DNA of 64,000 bases from IMG/VR virus record IMGVR_UViG_3300031949_001696; one strand, written 5' to 3'. This document shows positions 1-9,818 of the stretch, piece by piece. The stretch's first letter is position 1, and every line of letters begins with the position of its first letter. The notes under the pieces were generated by a model, which made no database searches, was not told the origin of the DNA, and was given only the letters and a program-made list of their open reading frames with translations. Position numbers and translations under genes: made by a program. The DNA comes from a virus (lineage: Duplodnaviria > Caudoviricetes).

Positions 1-165
1 GGCGACGTCCCGGGTGACCTCTTCGCCACCAACGCCATCGACACGTTCGTCCGCTTCGAAGCGGCGCAGACGGCGATGGATGTCGTGGTCGTGGTCACGT
101 ACATCGGCCTCAACGAGAGCGGCTGTCCCTTCTTCGGGGCGATGGTCGGAACGGCGGCGGTGTAG
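1..165 (+). CDS. C-terminal part of a beta-rich protein (GDVPGDLFAT...PFFGAMVGTAAV*), candidate jelly-roll capsid-type protein; 5' truncated
   Basis: Frame 1 is open to TAG at 163-165 with GC3-rich codons; shares motif pattern with 52107..52613. Capsid role is inference. Confidence 0.55.
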   Translation, partial: GDVPGDLFATNAIDTFVRFEAAQTAMDVVVVVTYIGLNESGCPFFGAMVGTAAV

Positions 166-167
166 CC

Positions 168-554
168 ATGGCGCGCGGCGAATACACGGACATCGTCGGG
201 CGCGGCGGCCGCGGTGGCGGCGGCGGCGGCGGCGGTCGCGGCGGCCACGGCGGCCACGGTGGCCACGGCGGCGGCCATCACGGCGGTCATCACGGCGGTC
301 ATCGCGGCGGTCATCACGGCGGTCGCGGCTGGGGCGGCTGGGGCTGGCCGGGCTACGGCTACGGCTGGCCGTATTACGGCTACGGCTACGGCTGGCCGTA
401 CTACGGCTACGGCTACGACCAGTGGCCGCTCTACGCGTACGCGTACGACGCGCCGTACGGCGGAGTGGACTTCCAGCACTGGCGGTCACCGCGCTTCTTC
501 GCCCATCGCCACCGCCGTCGAGTCCACCACCTGCTCGGCGCAGAAGTGGACTAG
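168..554 (+). CDS. Gly/His/Tyr/Trp-rich low-complexity protein
   Basis: ATG 2 nt after upstream stop; GGHH and GYGYGWPYY repeats; N-terminal MARGEYTDIVG. Confidence 0.7.
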   Translation: MARGEYTDIVGRGGRGGGGGGGGRGGHGGHGGHGGGHHGGHHGGHRGGHHGGRGWGGWGWPGYGYGWPYYGYGYGWPYYGYGYDQWPLYAYAYDAPYGGVDFQHWRSPRFFAHRHRRRVHHLLGAEVD

Positions 555-652
555 ACGAAGGCAGCTCCGAAGGGCCGCGGTGCTCGCGGCAGTCGCTGTT
601 CGATTCGGCGGCGGAGCACGAAGATTCGAAACCATGCTCGCTCATTCCCAAG

Positions 653-1324
653 ATGTCGGACAGCAGTCGCAGAACCCCACCGTTCGGATCGAAGAAGCCT
701 CGTATGCAGAGTCAAGACGAACGCGACGCGGAGGGTCTCGCCGCCCGACGTGAGAGAGATAGAGACTCGGTGGCGAAGGAGTTCGCTGGCGAGGAGATCA
801 CGGGGCGCTACGAGGGTGAGGAGCTGGACGAGCGGCGCGCGCAGCGCTCGCTCGACGAGCGCTCCGGTCGGCTCGAGCAGAAGCACGACGAGCTAAAGAA
901 GGACGTCGAGAAGAAGCACGACGAGCTGAAGAAGGACGTCAGCGAGGTGCGGGCTGACGTGAAGGGCCTCTCGGGCCAGGTGAGCGACATGCGATCGGCG
1001 GTGTCCGGCGCGGTCGGCAAGCTCGACGGGCAGGAGAAGCTCTTGACCGAGACGTTGTCGATCGTGAAGAAGACGCACGACCACAATGCCGAACGCCAAC
1101 ATGTCACCTTCACAGCCCAGGTCGACGTCGATCGTGCCCAGGAGCTGGCGAAGGTCGAGGTCAACAAGGACCTGGCGCTCGCGAAGGTCGAGGTCAATAA
1201 GGAGCAGCAGCTCGACACGATCGACGCGAAGAAGAAGAAGCGCGAGCTGATCCTGAAGGGCGTGGGGTTGGCCGCCAGCGGTGGCGGACTCATCGAGCTG
1301 CTCCACCGGCTGGGAGTGCTCTGA
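653..1324 (+). CDS. Coiled-coil protein with C-terminal hydrophobic tail
   Basis: Internal ATG of ORF 14..1324; KHDELKKDV x2, ELAKVEVNK x2; stop overlaps next ATG. Confidence 0.7.
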   Translation: MSDSSRRTPPFGSKKPRMQSQDERDAEGLAARRERDRDSVAKEFAGEEITGRYEGEELDERRAQRSLDERSGRLEQKHDELKKDVEKKHDELKKDVSEVRADVKGLSGQVSDMRSAVSGAVGKLDGQEKLLTETLSIVKKTHDHNAERQHVTFTAQVDVDRAQELAKVEVNKDLALAKVEVNKEQQLDTIDAKKKKRELILKGVGLAASGGGLIELLHRLGVL

Positions 1325-2088
1325 TGGCGTCGCCGCGCGAGCGCGCGGATCGTGCCAGCTCCCTGGCGGCGTGGCGCGGACCTGATCGTCGCGTGACGAC
1401 GCGTCCGTCCGACGTGCGACCGGTGTATCACCCGGGGCATTCGGATCCGCGCGTGACGCCGTACCCGTCCGACGCGCGACCGGTGCACCACCACGATCCG
1501 CGTCCGGTGCACCATCCGCGTCGTCATCACTTCCACGACGTCCCGCCGTGGCCGCACCAGCACCACCACGACTACGTCTACGTCGATCGCGGAGGCTGGT
1601 GGCCGCGTTGGTATCCGTACTGGGATCCGCAGTGGTACGTGTACTGGTGGTACCTCTACGACTACTACGGCGGCGACGCGTATTCCGATTACGCGGAGTA
1701 TGCCCGCGACGCAGCCCTGCGGCAGTACGGCCCGCAGTGGGGCTTGCGCGTGGGCGGCGATTACGACGATGCGCAGGTCGGGATCCAGCCGTACGGCGTC
1801 CCGCGCTCCGAAGAGCGCTTCTCTCCGCGCGGTTTCGGCAGCCCGGACCAAGTCCGCGCTTACCGCGCTCTCGCTCTCGCCGCCGGGAAGAAGATCCACG
1901 CCGCGACCGGTCGCGGGTGGCTGTTTGGGTATCGTGACTCGCCCTGGGGCAGCGAGGAAATCGTGTTCGGAAATCGCGCTGGGCTCCAACGTTGGGCCAA
2001 CGAGCAGGCGGCGGATACCGACGTCTGGTACGCCGCAGCGTTCGACCTGGGCCAATCCTCGTCTCCACTCTTCGAGGTGGCGCGATGA
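1324..2088 (+). CDS. His/Pro- and Trp/Tyr-rich protein with C-terminal YAAAFD domain
   Basis: TGATG coupling; domain shared with 6306, 12285 and 53562. Confidence 0.7.
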   Translation: MASPRERADRASSLAAWRGPDRRVTTRPSDVRPVYHPGHSDPRVTPYPSDARPVHHHDPRPVHHPRRHHFHDVPPWPHQHHHDYVYVDRGGWWPRWYPYWDPQWYVYWWYLYDYYGGDAYSDYAEYARDAALRQYGPQWGLRVGGDYDDAQVGIQPYGVPRSEERFSPRGFGSPDQVRAYRALALAAGKKIHAATGRGWLFGYRDSPWGSEEIVFGNRAGLQRWANEQAADTDVWYAAAFDLGQSSSPLFEVAR

Positions 2089-2630
2089 TCACGCCGAAAG
2101 TTCATCTCACCCTCCCGGAGCACTTCGACGAGGACGACCACGACGAGGAGCGACACTTCGCTCCGATCATTCCGTTACTCGACGGCCTCATCAAGGTGAA
2201 CGAGTGGCACATGCGCCGCGCGCTTCGCCGCGCGCAGAAGGGCCTCGGCTATCCGATTCCGCCGCTCTACGCGTCGGGCATCCGCTACAAGGAGGATCCG
2301 CCGGGGCAGGAGAACTGGAAGGATTGCCTCGCGGTGCTCGCGGACGGGTTCGGCGACTGCGACCGCCTCGTCGCGTACCGTTGTGGCGAGCTGCGCGTGC
2401 GCGGCTACCAGGCAGATCCGGTCATCAAGTGGCGCCAAATTCCCAAGGAAGTGATGGTCGGCCTGGGTCACCCACCGCACATGGTCCCCCCGCAGGGGAT
2501 CAGCATGGTGCACGTCTGCGTCGGGCTGCCGGGCTGGCGGCAGTACGCGCATCTCTACGAGGACAACCCGCTCGTCGAAGATCCGTCCAAGCGACTCGGA
2601 ATGGGTGGAAGTTACACGTCCAAGGTATAA
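2085..2630 (+). CDS. Transglutaminase-like cysteine protease/transferase
   Basis: GDCDRL (Cys), MVHVCV (His), VEDPS (Asp) in triad order; ATGA overlap. Confidence 0.65.
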   Translation: MITPKVHLTLPEHFDEDDHDEERHFAPIIPLLDGLIKVNEWHMRRALRRAQKGLGYPIPPLYASGIRYKEDPPGQENWKDCLAVLADGFGDCDRLVAYRCGELRVRGYQADPVIKWRQIPKEVMVGLGHPPHMVPPQGISMVHVCVGLPGWRQYAHLYEDNPLVEDPSKRLGMGGSYTSKV

Positions 2631-2641
2631 TCGTGCCCCCG

Positions 2642-3316
2642 ATGATCGACGAACACGCCGCCACCGATCTGGAGCAGTACATCGCGAGCGATGCCGATTT
2701 GTACCGTCAGCAGTACCAGTTGATTCTCAAGAATCTCGCGACCAAGAAGGTACGCAGTCAGTACAAGCACGACCTCGCGGTGAAGCTGTTCGGTTACCTC
2801 GTGGAGGCCGGTGCGAAGAAGTACGTCAAGGATTTCGGATTGACCCTGCCTTGGCACAAGATGTTCAATGTTCCGACGCGCAAGCGCATCGCAGAGGAGC
2901 TGACGAAGAGTTTCGAGGGGGAGTTCGAGCTGGGCAACTACGACAACCTTCTGCCGAAGAAGTATCAGAAGGAGTTTGCGAAGCAGCACCTCGTGCCGCC
3001 GCACCGTCACCACGCGACGAAGAAGCTGAAGTGGGAGGTTCCCAACGGAATCAAGGTCGCCTGGTCTCCGGTGAACCAAGCGTACTTCGCGCTCTGGCCA
3101 GCGAGCGCGCCCTTGCAGAAGCAGACCGTCCTTAAGATCGGCGATGCGAACGAGATGCACTCGTGGCTGCGCGAGACGTATGGTGTATCTTACGGTCGCG
3201 TCGGCGCGTCTCGCTCACACAGCACCGTATCGTCGTCGTACGCTCTCAAGAAGAGTACGACACGGCTCGATCGCGAGATCGCCGAAGTGGTTCCCTCGTG
3301 GCGAGGAGGTCGGTGA
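2642..3316 (+). CDS. Hypothetical phage-like protein with HAT/HST and LDREIAE tags
   Basis: Coding-like codon bias; ends KKSTTRLDREIAEVV. Confidence 0.7.
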   Translation: MIDEHAATDLEQYIASDADLYRQQYQLILKNLATKKVRSQYKHDLAVKLFGYLVEAGAKKYVKDFGLTLPWHKMFNVPTRKRIAEELTKSFEGEFELGNYDNLLPKKYQKEFAKQHLVPPHRHHATKKLKWEVPNGIKVAWSPVNQAYFALWPASAPLQKQTVLKIGDANEMHSWLRETYGVSYGRVGASRSHSTVSSSYALKKSTTRLDREIAEVVPSWRGGR

Positions 3317-3319
3317 CCC

Positions 3320-4519
3320 ATGTGGTTCATTCCCGTCCTCCTCCTCGGCCTGATCGCAGTCGCAGCATCGCGGCGATCGACGCGCGAGGCAATTTCTCCG
3401 ACGCGTCAACTTCCTCCACCACCTCGGGGCATGCCACAACTTTCGGCACCTTCGGGGCCTCTGGGTCCTCCGGGCCCGCTCTCGGTGCTCGGTGAGATCC
3501 TGCGCGGCGGCAAGACGCCACCCCCGACCGTGGTCCTCTGCGCGATCGCCGAGGCGCAATCGATCGGCCGCAATGACCTGGCGTCTGACATCGTGCAAGC
3601 GTTCGTCGTGCCGGTCGTCTATCAGCACCAGAAGCTTCGTGCTCAGAGAGCCAACTGCGAACGTGGATCTTACTCGTGCGCGCCCCGCTACGCTCCTGCC
3701 GCGCCGCCACTCGAAACGATCGTGATTCCAGCGACGCCGCCACACGCTCCAGCTCCGGCTCCGGTCCCCACGCCTGCTGCTGCCCCTGCCGCTGCCTCCG
3801 AGCCGCAGCGCGCACCATTGCCGATGTTGCCGATGCCGTCGACGGAAGACGCGATCGACGCGCTGCTCAACGCAGATCCGAGGCGCTTCATGGAGCTGGT
3901 GTCGCGCGGGGGTACGTTCCCTGGAACGACCGTTCCGCAGGTCGTGCCGACGTCGGCGCCGCCCGCGCCATCTCCGCCGCCCACCCCGATCGCGCAGCCG
4001 ACGGGATTGCCGACCGAGACCGTCGCGCAGATGCAAGAGGCTGCTGGGCTGCACGAGGCGGCCGATCAGACGCGCGCGATGTCGCCCGGCTCTCCGATTC
4101 CGGGCGTCCCCGACTTCGCCTGGCGCAACTTCGTCGCGCGCCTCTCGCGCGAGTCTCCGCAGTTTGCTTCGTCGCGGCACGTCGGGCAGTATCGCCAGCG
4201 CCGTGAGCGGCTGGTCGAGCTCGGAATCGATCCGACCGCGATCGCGGGTTCGGCGCAGGCCCAGCGCGTCGCTCTCGACGCAGATCTCGCCGACGCTCAT
4301 CACCACGCGACGGCTGGCGACGTCTTCGCCAAGCACCTCGGGCGACCGATCATCTTGCCAGGGCGCGAGGACACCGAGACGGTCACGTTGTCCGGCGTGC
4401 TGGGCGTGATCCAGTGCGCGGGGCTCGACGGCGCAGTGGGTTGGCTCGAACGTTCGAACGATCGCAAGCGGTATCCGCACACCACGCAGACGTTCATGCA
4501 CACGAACAACGTGTTTTGA
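3320..4519 (+). CDS. N-terminally anchored Pro-rich protein with globular C-terminal domain
   Basis: MWFIPVLLLGLIAVAA; GGAGG upstream. Confidence 0.7.
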   Translation: MWFIPVLLLGLIAVAASRRSTREAISPTRQLPPPPRGMPQLSAPSGPLGPPGPLSVLGEILRGGKTPPPTVVLCAIAEAQSIGRNDLASDIVQAFVVPVVYQHQKLRAQRANCERGSYSCAPRYAPAAPPLETIVIPATPPHAPAPAPVPTPAAAPAAASEPQRAPLPMLPMPSTEDAIDALLNADPRRFMELVSRGGTFPGTTVPQVVPTSAPPAPSPPPTPIAQPTGLPTETVAQMQEAAGLHEAADQTRAMSPGSPIPGVPDFAWRNFVARLSRESPQFASSRHVGQYRQRRERLVELGIDPTAIAGSAQAQRVALDADLADAHHHATAGDVFAKHLGRPIILPGREDTETVTLSGVLGVIQCAGLDGAVGWLERSNDRKRYPHTTQTFMHTNNVF

Positions 4520-4591
4520 AAAATGGGAAAAGTTAAGACAATTCACCAAAACGCACGCGTGGGACAAGACGCGCTGCCCGGGGTGTTCTAA

Positions 4592-4936
4592 ATGGCGAAC
4601 GACCGCGGACAGTACGGCAAGAACGACGAGACGCGCGTAGGAGCGACGGTCTACGTCGATCGCGCGCCGTCGACATCGATCGGGGCGTGGATCCTCGGCA
4701 CGATCGCCGTCGGTGGCGTCGTGCTGTGGGCCCGACACCAGGGAAAGCAGATCGAGCAGCTCTACAAGACGGCGGGTATCCCGCACCAGAGCTTCGCGGC
4801 CGATCTGGGCCAGAGCGCGAAGGCGCTGCCATCGAAGACGAGCGCGGCGTTACACGGCCTCGCGGAACGCGTGCGACCGACGAAGAAGAGTGCCCCGCCG
4901 GTCGCGAAAACGACATCAACCAAAAGTGAGACCTGA
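4592..4936 (+). CDS. Small single-TM protein with RGQYG tag
   Basis: MANDRGQYG; TM segment IGAWILGTIAVGGVVLW. Confidence 0.7.
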   Translation: MANDRGQYGKNDETRVGATVYVDRAPSTSIGAWILGTIAVGGVVLWARHQGKQIEQLYKTAGIPHQSFAADLGQSAKALPSKTSAALHGLAERVRPTKKSAPPVAKTTSTKSET

Positions 4937-4937
4937 G

Positions 4938-5171
4938 ATGGCGAAGACTCCAGCAGGCATGCGCAACATCTCGACGACGTATCAGCCCGCGTACGAGACG
5001 TACGACGGCAACGTGCAGGTCCGCAGGATCGGTGAGCGGCTGTGGGAGATCCTGCCGCGCGGAGGCGCCTCGGTCTACGAGAAGTCCAAGCCGGCCGCGA
5101 TCGAGCGCGCGTTCCAGCTCGCAGCTTCTACTTCGGCGCGCAGAGCGACGAGGAAGCAGGGAAAGCGGTAA
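4938..5171 (+). CDS. Hypothetical protein
   Basis: Internal ATG right after upstream stop; stop overlaps next ATG. Confidence 0.6.
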   Translation: MAKTPAGMRNISTTYQPAYETYDGNVQVRRIGERLWEILPRGGASVYEKSKPAAIERAFQLAASTSARRATRKQGKR

Positions 5172-5554
5172 TGGATCCCGATGCGGCTCTGCGCATGATC
5201 GACGACGCGGATCGCGTTGACGCCGAGACACGCGAGGTCATCCGTGGCCTTCACCAGTGGCTCTCGGGCGGCGGCTTCGCGCCGGACTGGGCCGCGTATC
5301 CGACGGGCACGCGGCGCTATCGCAAGGCGTACGGTGCCCCGAAGGCACGCGGTCACGCGACGATCCGCGCAGTGACGGGTAACGGTGGGATCGGGATCGG
5401 CGACATCGTCCAGCGATCGGACATCGACGGCAAGAATCGCTACGTGGTCGTCAACATCCAGGGTCCGTGGATCTACACGCGTCGCATCGGCGGAGGCGGT
5501 ACTCCGGGGGTCATCACGTTCCCGTCGTCGCACATGCTCAGGAAGGTGAGCTGA
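5171..5554 (+). CDS. Hypothetical two-module protein joined by RGHAT linker
   Basis: TAATG coupling; MDPDAAL start. Confidence 0.65.
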   Translation: MDPDAALRMIDDADRVDAETREVIRGLHQWLSGGGFAPDWAAYPTGTRRYRKAYGAPKARGHATIRAVTGNGGIGIGDIVQRSDIDGKNRYVVVNIQGPWIYTRRIGGGGTPGVITFPSSHMLRKVS

Positions 5555-5556
5555 CC

Positions 5557-5805
5557 GTGGCGATGACTCCCGACGCGAAGAAGTACCTCTTGATCGGCAG
5601 TGGCGTCGGCGCGCTCGCGATCTTCGCCGGCTCCTGGCTCCTCGGCAGTCGTCGCGCCTTCGCGGACCCGAAGTTGCCCGGAGGTCGTCGGCACGAGGGG
5701 GGCGATCACAAGCGTCGCGATCGTGATGCCCACGACGAGAATCAGCGTGGCGAGTACGGGCGAAAGAAGAAGCATCGTCACAAGAGGCACGGACATGGTG
5801 GCTGA
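5557..5805 (+). CDS. Small TM protein with C-terminal NQRGEYG and basic tail
   Basis: Hydrophobic segment plus shared tag. Confidence 0.6.
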   Translation: MAMTPDAKKYLLIGSGVGALAIFAGSWLLGSRRAFADPKLPGGRRHEGGDHKRRDRDAHDENQRGEYGRKKKHRHKRHGHGG

Positions 5806-6196
5806 CACTTCGAAGCCGCCGTGGCGGACCTTCCACGAGCCCGAGCCCGCGTCGCCATCGCCGTCGATCGGTAAGATGCTCAGCGTCGTCGCGGTCGCGA
5901 TCGGTGTCGGCGTGCTCGGTTACTACATGCTGGATGGACACGCACATCAATGTGAGGCGTGCGGGCAGCGCTGGCGGCATCTCGGCGCGTTCAACCTCGG
6001 CGATCCGGGTGCACACACGTGCGGCAAGTGCGGCACGGTCCAGTGGTGGAAGGACGGCGTGCCGCACGTGTTCCGCGAGGTGCTCCGGTCGCCGCCGCCC
6101 AAGATCTTGCCGGACACACTCGTGTCGAGGTTGCAGGAGCTTCGCGAGGCCCCGCGCTTGGCTCTGTCGTCGTGGTCGCTCAAGGAGCCCCGATGA
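5795..6196 (+). CDS. TM protein with Zn-ribbon (CxxC...CxxC)
   Basis: CEACG and CGKCG follow a TM helix. Confidence 0.65.
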   Translation: MVADTSKPPWRTFHEPEPASPSPSIGKMLSVVAVAIGVGVLGYYMLDGHAHQCEACGQRWRHLGAFNLGDPGAHTCGKCGTVQWWKDGVPHVFREVLRSPPPKILPDTLVSRLQELREAPRLALSSWSLKEPR

Positions 6197-6305
6197 GTGC
6201 GCTCTTCGAAAAGTCTACGGAAGCCGCGGTGCGGGGTAACCTGCATGCCGCAGCTGCGACCGATCAAGATTCCGCCGCGACATCCGGCGCTGAAGGAGAA
6301 CGACG

Positions 6306-8576
6306 ATGACATACGCTGGTTGGAACTACGTCGGAGCCGAAGGACAAAGCTATCCCGAGATCGCTGCGCGCGAGGTGGCGCTCGTCTCCGCGCAGAACCC
6401 CTCGCCGATCTACGGCTACCTTCGCATGGGCGCCCAGCAGAAGATCTATCTCTTCCCCGAGATCGAGCAGGCGCGCGGTTGGTTCACCGTGCTGCTTCAC
6501 GCACAGCAGCCGTACGACTACGCCGCCGTGTTCGCGGCGACGGATCTCACGCGTCCCGTGACTGGCCTGGAGAGTTTCGGGCATACCCACGTCAGCGGTG
6601 ACACCAACGTCGGAAATTTGTGGCCGTTCTTTCTCGGGCTGCCGCTCGGCGGACTCGGAGGATATTTCCTGCGGAGGTGGCAGGAGCCGGCCGGCGCGAG
6701 GGAACAGGTTGTTCCGTTTCGAGAAGTCGTACGCCCATTTCTTCCAGGCCCGTCCGCGCCCAAAGCGCCCGCTCCGAAAACGTCCGGTGATCCGTACGTC
6801 GGCGCCCCGTGGCTCGACATCGCCGGGCAGGACTACGGTTACGCCCCCGCAGTCGGCGGCCCGTGGCTCGATATGATCGGGCAGGACTACAGCGGTTACG
6901 ACGACGGTGGCTACGCGGTCGGCGGACCGTGGCTCGACATCGCCGGCCCCGCGGTCGGCGGTCCGTGGCTCGACATGATCGGGCAGGACTACAGCGGTTA
7001 CGACGACGGCGGCTACGCGGTCGGCGGCCCGTGGCTCGACATGGTCGGCCCGTGGGTGGGGGCAGACGACGAGTCCCGCAGGGCGTGGCCGCAGACGAAG
7101 GCGTTGATCCAGTCCGCGATCGACGACGTGACTCGCGAAGCTGCGAGCCACCCAGCAGCAGCGTACGTCTGGGTGTTGACGCCGTCGGATGTTGCGCCCT
7201 ACGGCGGTCGCGCGTTGGGATCGGTGGTCACGTTGGAGGGCACCACGAACATCGTGCCTTTCACCTCGCCCGGACTCGCGCTCGACTATCTGCGCGAGGT
7301 CGCGCAGACACGACCTGTCGCGCTGGCGATGTTCGATCGGACGAGCAGTCACTGGCCCAACCCAGTGAGCTGGCGCAAGAGCGACGATCCCGAGCACGGA
7401 TCCGTTATCGCGCAGCACGTCGCGAGCCGGTCGCCGGCGCACACGTCGGGCGACTACGTCGGCGACGAGTACGTCGGCGACGAGTATGTCGGCGACGAGT
7501 ACATCGGCGACGAGTACATCGGCGACGAGTATGTCGGGGATGAAAGCGCTCCGCGCGCGCGCGGTCACGGAAGGCTCTCGCGCATCATCCAGCAACATGC
7601 AGACTTCTGGGTCAGGCAGCCCGGCACGGGATCTGGACAAGGCGCGAATTGGTACAAGACGCGCTGGATGCCTTTCTACAATGCGTGGCTGAGCCAGCAC
7701 AGCCAGCACAGCCCGCACAGCCAGCACACGCCTGGCAGGAAGAATGTCAGGAAGCAGACTGTCAACGAGCTGATCACGCTGCGTCAAGAGGCGGCGGGTC
7801 TCGGCATCTCGGTACCGACGCTGGGAACGTCGCGCCTCGAAGCAGCAATACAGCAGGGCACGCGCTTGGAGGGCGACTACGTGGGGGCGTGGGACACAGC
7901 GATCGGCAGCGCTCTCGATGACGTGCGCGGACGTGCGCGGACGCTCGCGGAGAAGCGCGTCGGCAACGTCATCGGTGTCATTCACATGTCGAAGGACGGA
8001 CTGTGGCACACCCTCGCGTTCCGCAGCGCCGACGATGCTGACGACTGGCTCGGCACCTCGACGCACGATCCAGCATCGTATACGTACGCCGCGTATTTCG
8101 ACAAGGGTGACTACTCGTGGCCCCATCCGGTCAACGAGAAGATCGGCGGCGCGCGAATGCCCTCGCGTCCCGGTTCTCCGGTTGCGCGAGAGATCGCGGT
8201 GACGCGCGGCGACGTCGGCGGCGGCGACGCCATCGGTGAAGCCATCGGCGCCGTGATCGACGACGTACGCAGCCACGCGAAGGCGCTCGCGACCGCGCGC
8301 CCCGGCAACGCGGTCGGTGTCATCCATTCGGTGGGTGGACTGTGGTCCGCGCTGCCGTTCGGCAGCCTCGACGACGCGATCGACTGGCTCCAGCGGTCGA
8401 CTCACGACAAAGCGAGCTTCACGTACGCTGCGGCCTTCGATAAAGGCTCCGACGGCACCGCGTACTTCCAGGCCGAAGAGATCAGTGGCGCGCGCTCTCC
8501 GTCACAGCCGTCACAGCCCGGCGCGCCGATGTCGCGCGAGATCGCGACGACGTTGGGCGAATGGTGGGCTCCGTAG
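6306..8576 (+). CDS. Large modular protein: four YAAxFD-type domains separated by Gly-ending repeats
   Basis: GGAGAA SD; GGPWLD(I/M)xG and DEY(V/I)G repeats. Confidence 0.8.
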   Translation: MTYAGWNYVGAEGQSYPEIAAREVALVSAQNPSPIYGYLRMGAQQKIYLFPEIEQARGWFTVLLHAQQPYDYAAVFAATDLTRPVTGLESFGHTHVSGDTNVGNLWPFFLGLPLGGLGGYFLRRWQEPAGAREQVVPFREVVRPFLPGPSAPKAPAPKTSGDPYVGAPWLDIAGQDYGYAPAVGGPWLDMIGQDYSGYDDGGYAVGGPWLDIAGPAVGGPWLDMIGQDYSGYDDGGYAVGGPWLDMVGPWVGADDESRRAWPQTKALIQSAIDDVTREAASHPAAAYVWVLTPSDVAPYGGRALGSVVTLEGTTNIVPFTSPGLALDYLREVAQTRPVALAMFDRTSSHWPNPVSWRKSDDPEHGSVIAQHVASRSPAHTSGDYVGDEYVGDEYVGDEYIGDEYIGDEYVGDESAPRARGHGRLSRIIQQHADFWVRQPGTGSGQGANWYKTRWMPFYNAWLSQHSQHSPHSQHTPGRKNVRKQTVNELITLRQEAAGLGISVPTLGTSRLEAAIQQGTRLEGDYVGAWDTAIGSALDDVRGRARTLAEKRVGNVIGVIHMSKDGLWHTLAFRSADDADDWLGTSTHDPASYTYAAYFDKGDYSWPHPVNEKIGGARMPSRPGSPVAREIAVTRGDVGGGDAIGEAIGAVIDDVRSHAKALATARPGNAVGVIHSVGGLWSALPFGSLDDAIDWLQRSTHDKASFTYAAAFDKGSDGTAYFQAEEISGARSPSQPSQPGAPMSREIATTLGEWWAP
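6801..7061 (+). repeat. Coding repeats GGPWLD(I/M)xG x5, including a duplication with 102-nt period
   Basis: ccgtggctcga occurs five times. Confidence 0.85.
7452..7542 (+). repeat. 15-nt tandem repeat encoding (DEY[V/I]G)x5
   Basis: gacgagtacgtcggc and variants in tandem. Confidence 0.9.
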
Positions 8577-8861
8577 ATGGAGCACTCCTCGACCGGGGCA
8601 TTCTCGTGCGACGGCTGCAACCGCCACGCATTCGTCTTGCGCGTCGTCGACGGGGCGAAGCTCTGCGACGGCTGCGCGGAGAAGTCCGAGCAGATCGATC
8701 GGCAGCTCGTGTGCACGCGTTCGGAAGACCCGGTCGCGTGCGACTGCTGCTGCGACAGCGTCGCGTTCGACGCGCGGATCGCGGTAGTTGTCCGCGAGTG
8801 CGGCGGCGCCGTGCTCTGCGACCGCTGCAAGCCGGTCGAGATGGCGAGGGAGTCGTCATGA
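8577..8861 (+). CDS. Cys-rich (multiple CxxC) small protein
   Basis: CDGC x2, CDCC, CDRC; abuts upstream stop. Confidence 0.55.
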   Translation: MEHSSTGAFSCDGCNRHAFVLRVVDGAKLCDGCAEKSEQIDRQLVCTRSEDPVACDCCCDSVAFDARIAVVVRECGGAVLCDRCKPVEMARESS

Positions 8862-8886
8862 GTCACGTCTGCAAGGAGAACAGCCC

Positions 8887-9333
8887 ATGAGCGCATATCT
8901 CGGATGGGACTACGTCGGTCAAGACGGCTACTACGGACCGGCCATGGACACGTGGCCGTGGTGGCACAGCGTTGGCCAAGCCCCGCAGTCCGTCGCCGTC
9001 CCGGGGCGAGCAGAAATCATCGAGCGCTATGACATCGCCAGGGATCCAAACTGGCCAGGAGCACGCGCGTTGGTCCGGTCGACGATCCAGTCAGTGCTCG
9101 GCGTCGACGCAATCTTCGACCAGATTTTCAGGCAGATCGTGCAGCACCTGCTGCGGCAAGGTTTCCTTGACAGCAAATCCGCTGGCGCAGTCAGTCGGCC
9201 TGATTACGTGGCGAAGGTGCGGGCGTGGGTTCGTCAGTCGCTCTACTACGCTGATGTCGACGCGATCATCGACGTGGCCGCTAGGCAGCTGATCCGGTAC
9301 GCGCGGTCGCACGGCAAGGGACCGTTCGGCTAG
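8887..9333 (+). CDS. Hypothetical protein (MSAYLGWDYVG start)
   Basis: AAGGAG SD; N-terminus resembles 6306 (MTYAGWNYVG). Confidence 0.7.
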   Translation: MSAYLGWDYVGQDGYYGPAMDTWPWWHSVGQAPQSVAVPGRAEIIERYDIARDPNWPGARALVRSTIQSVLGVDAIFDQIFRQIVQHLLRQGFLDSKSAGAVSRPDYVAKVRAWVRQSLYYADVDAIIDVAARQLIRYARSHGKGPFG

Positions 9334-9437
9334 ATGGAGAGAGTGATGAGACAGGAGGACTTTCTTCGACGTACTTGCAGGCGGACGTTCGCCGTCTTCG
9401 GCGGGGCGAAGCTCTACACTCTCGCAGGAGAGTCATC

Positions 9438-9818
9438 ATGAGCAACAGCCGCGGTGTTTATGGAGCGAAGCTCCCTCCACCGCCGACCCTCGTCGGTCAG
9501 CAGCGCACCGCGCTGCCCGGCGAGGATAACCACGGCTTCGTCGATCGCTTCACGGCGGCGCACGCGGCGTTTGGCGTTATGGCCGGGCTTGGCCGTCTGC
9601 CCTGGTGGGCGACGCTCGCGAGCGGGCTCTTCTTCGATCTCGTGATCGAGCGCAAGTTCAAGGACGCGTGGCCCGAGCTATGGCCGAACCCGACGCAGGA
9701 CACGTGGCAGAACATCACGGGCGACACGATCGCGATGATGCTGGGCTGGAAGGTCGCTACGCTGCTGCCCGAGGGCAAGAAGCCGATGCACACGACGATC
9801 AAGAAGGAGGAACCCTGA
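9438..9818 (+). CDS. Multi-pass membrane protein with RGVYG tag
   Basis: AGGAG SD; hydrophobic helices with H...E...N..D residues. Confidence 0.65.
   Translation: MSNSRGVYGAKLPPPPTLVGQQRTALPGEDNHGFVDRFTAAHAAFGVMAGLGRLPWWATLASGLFFDLVIERKFKDAWPELWPNPTQDTWQNITGDTIAMMLGWKVATLLPEGKKPMHTTIKKEEP

Noticed and set aside
6801-7542. Repeats as CRISPR or DGR template/variable pair
   Set aside because: In-frame coding repeats with mostly synonymous differences; no reverse transcriptase.
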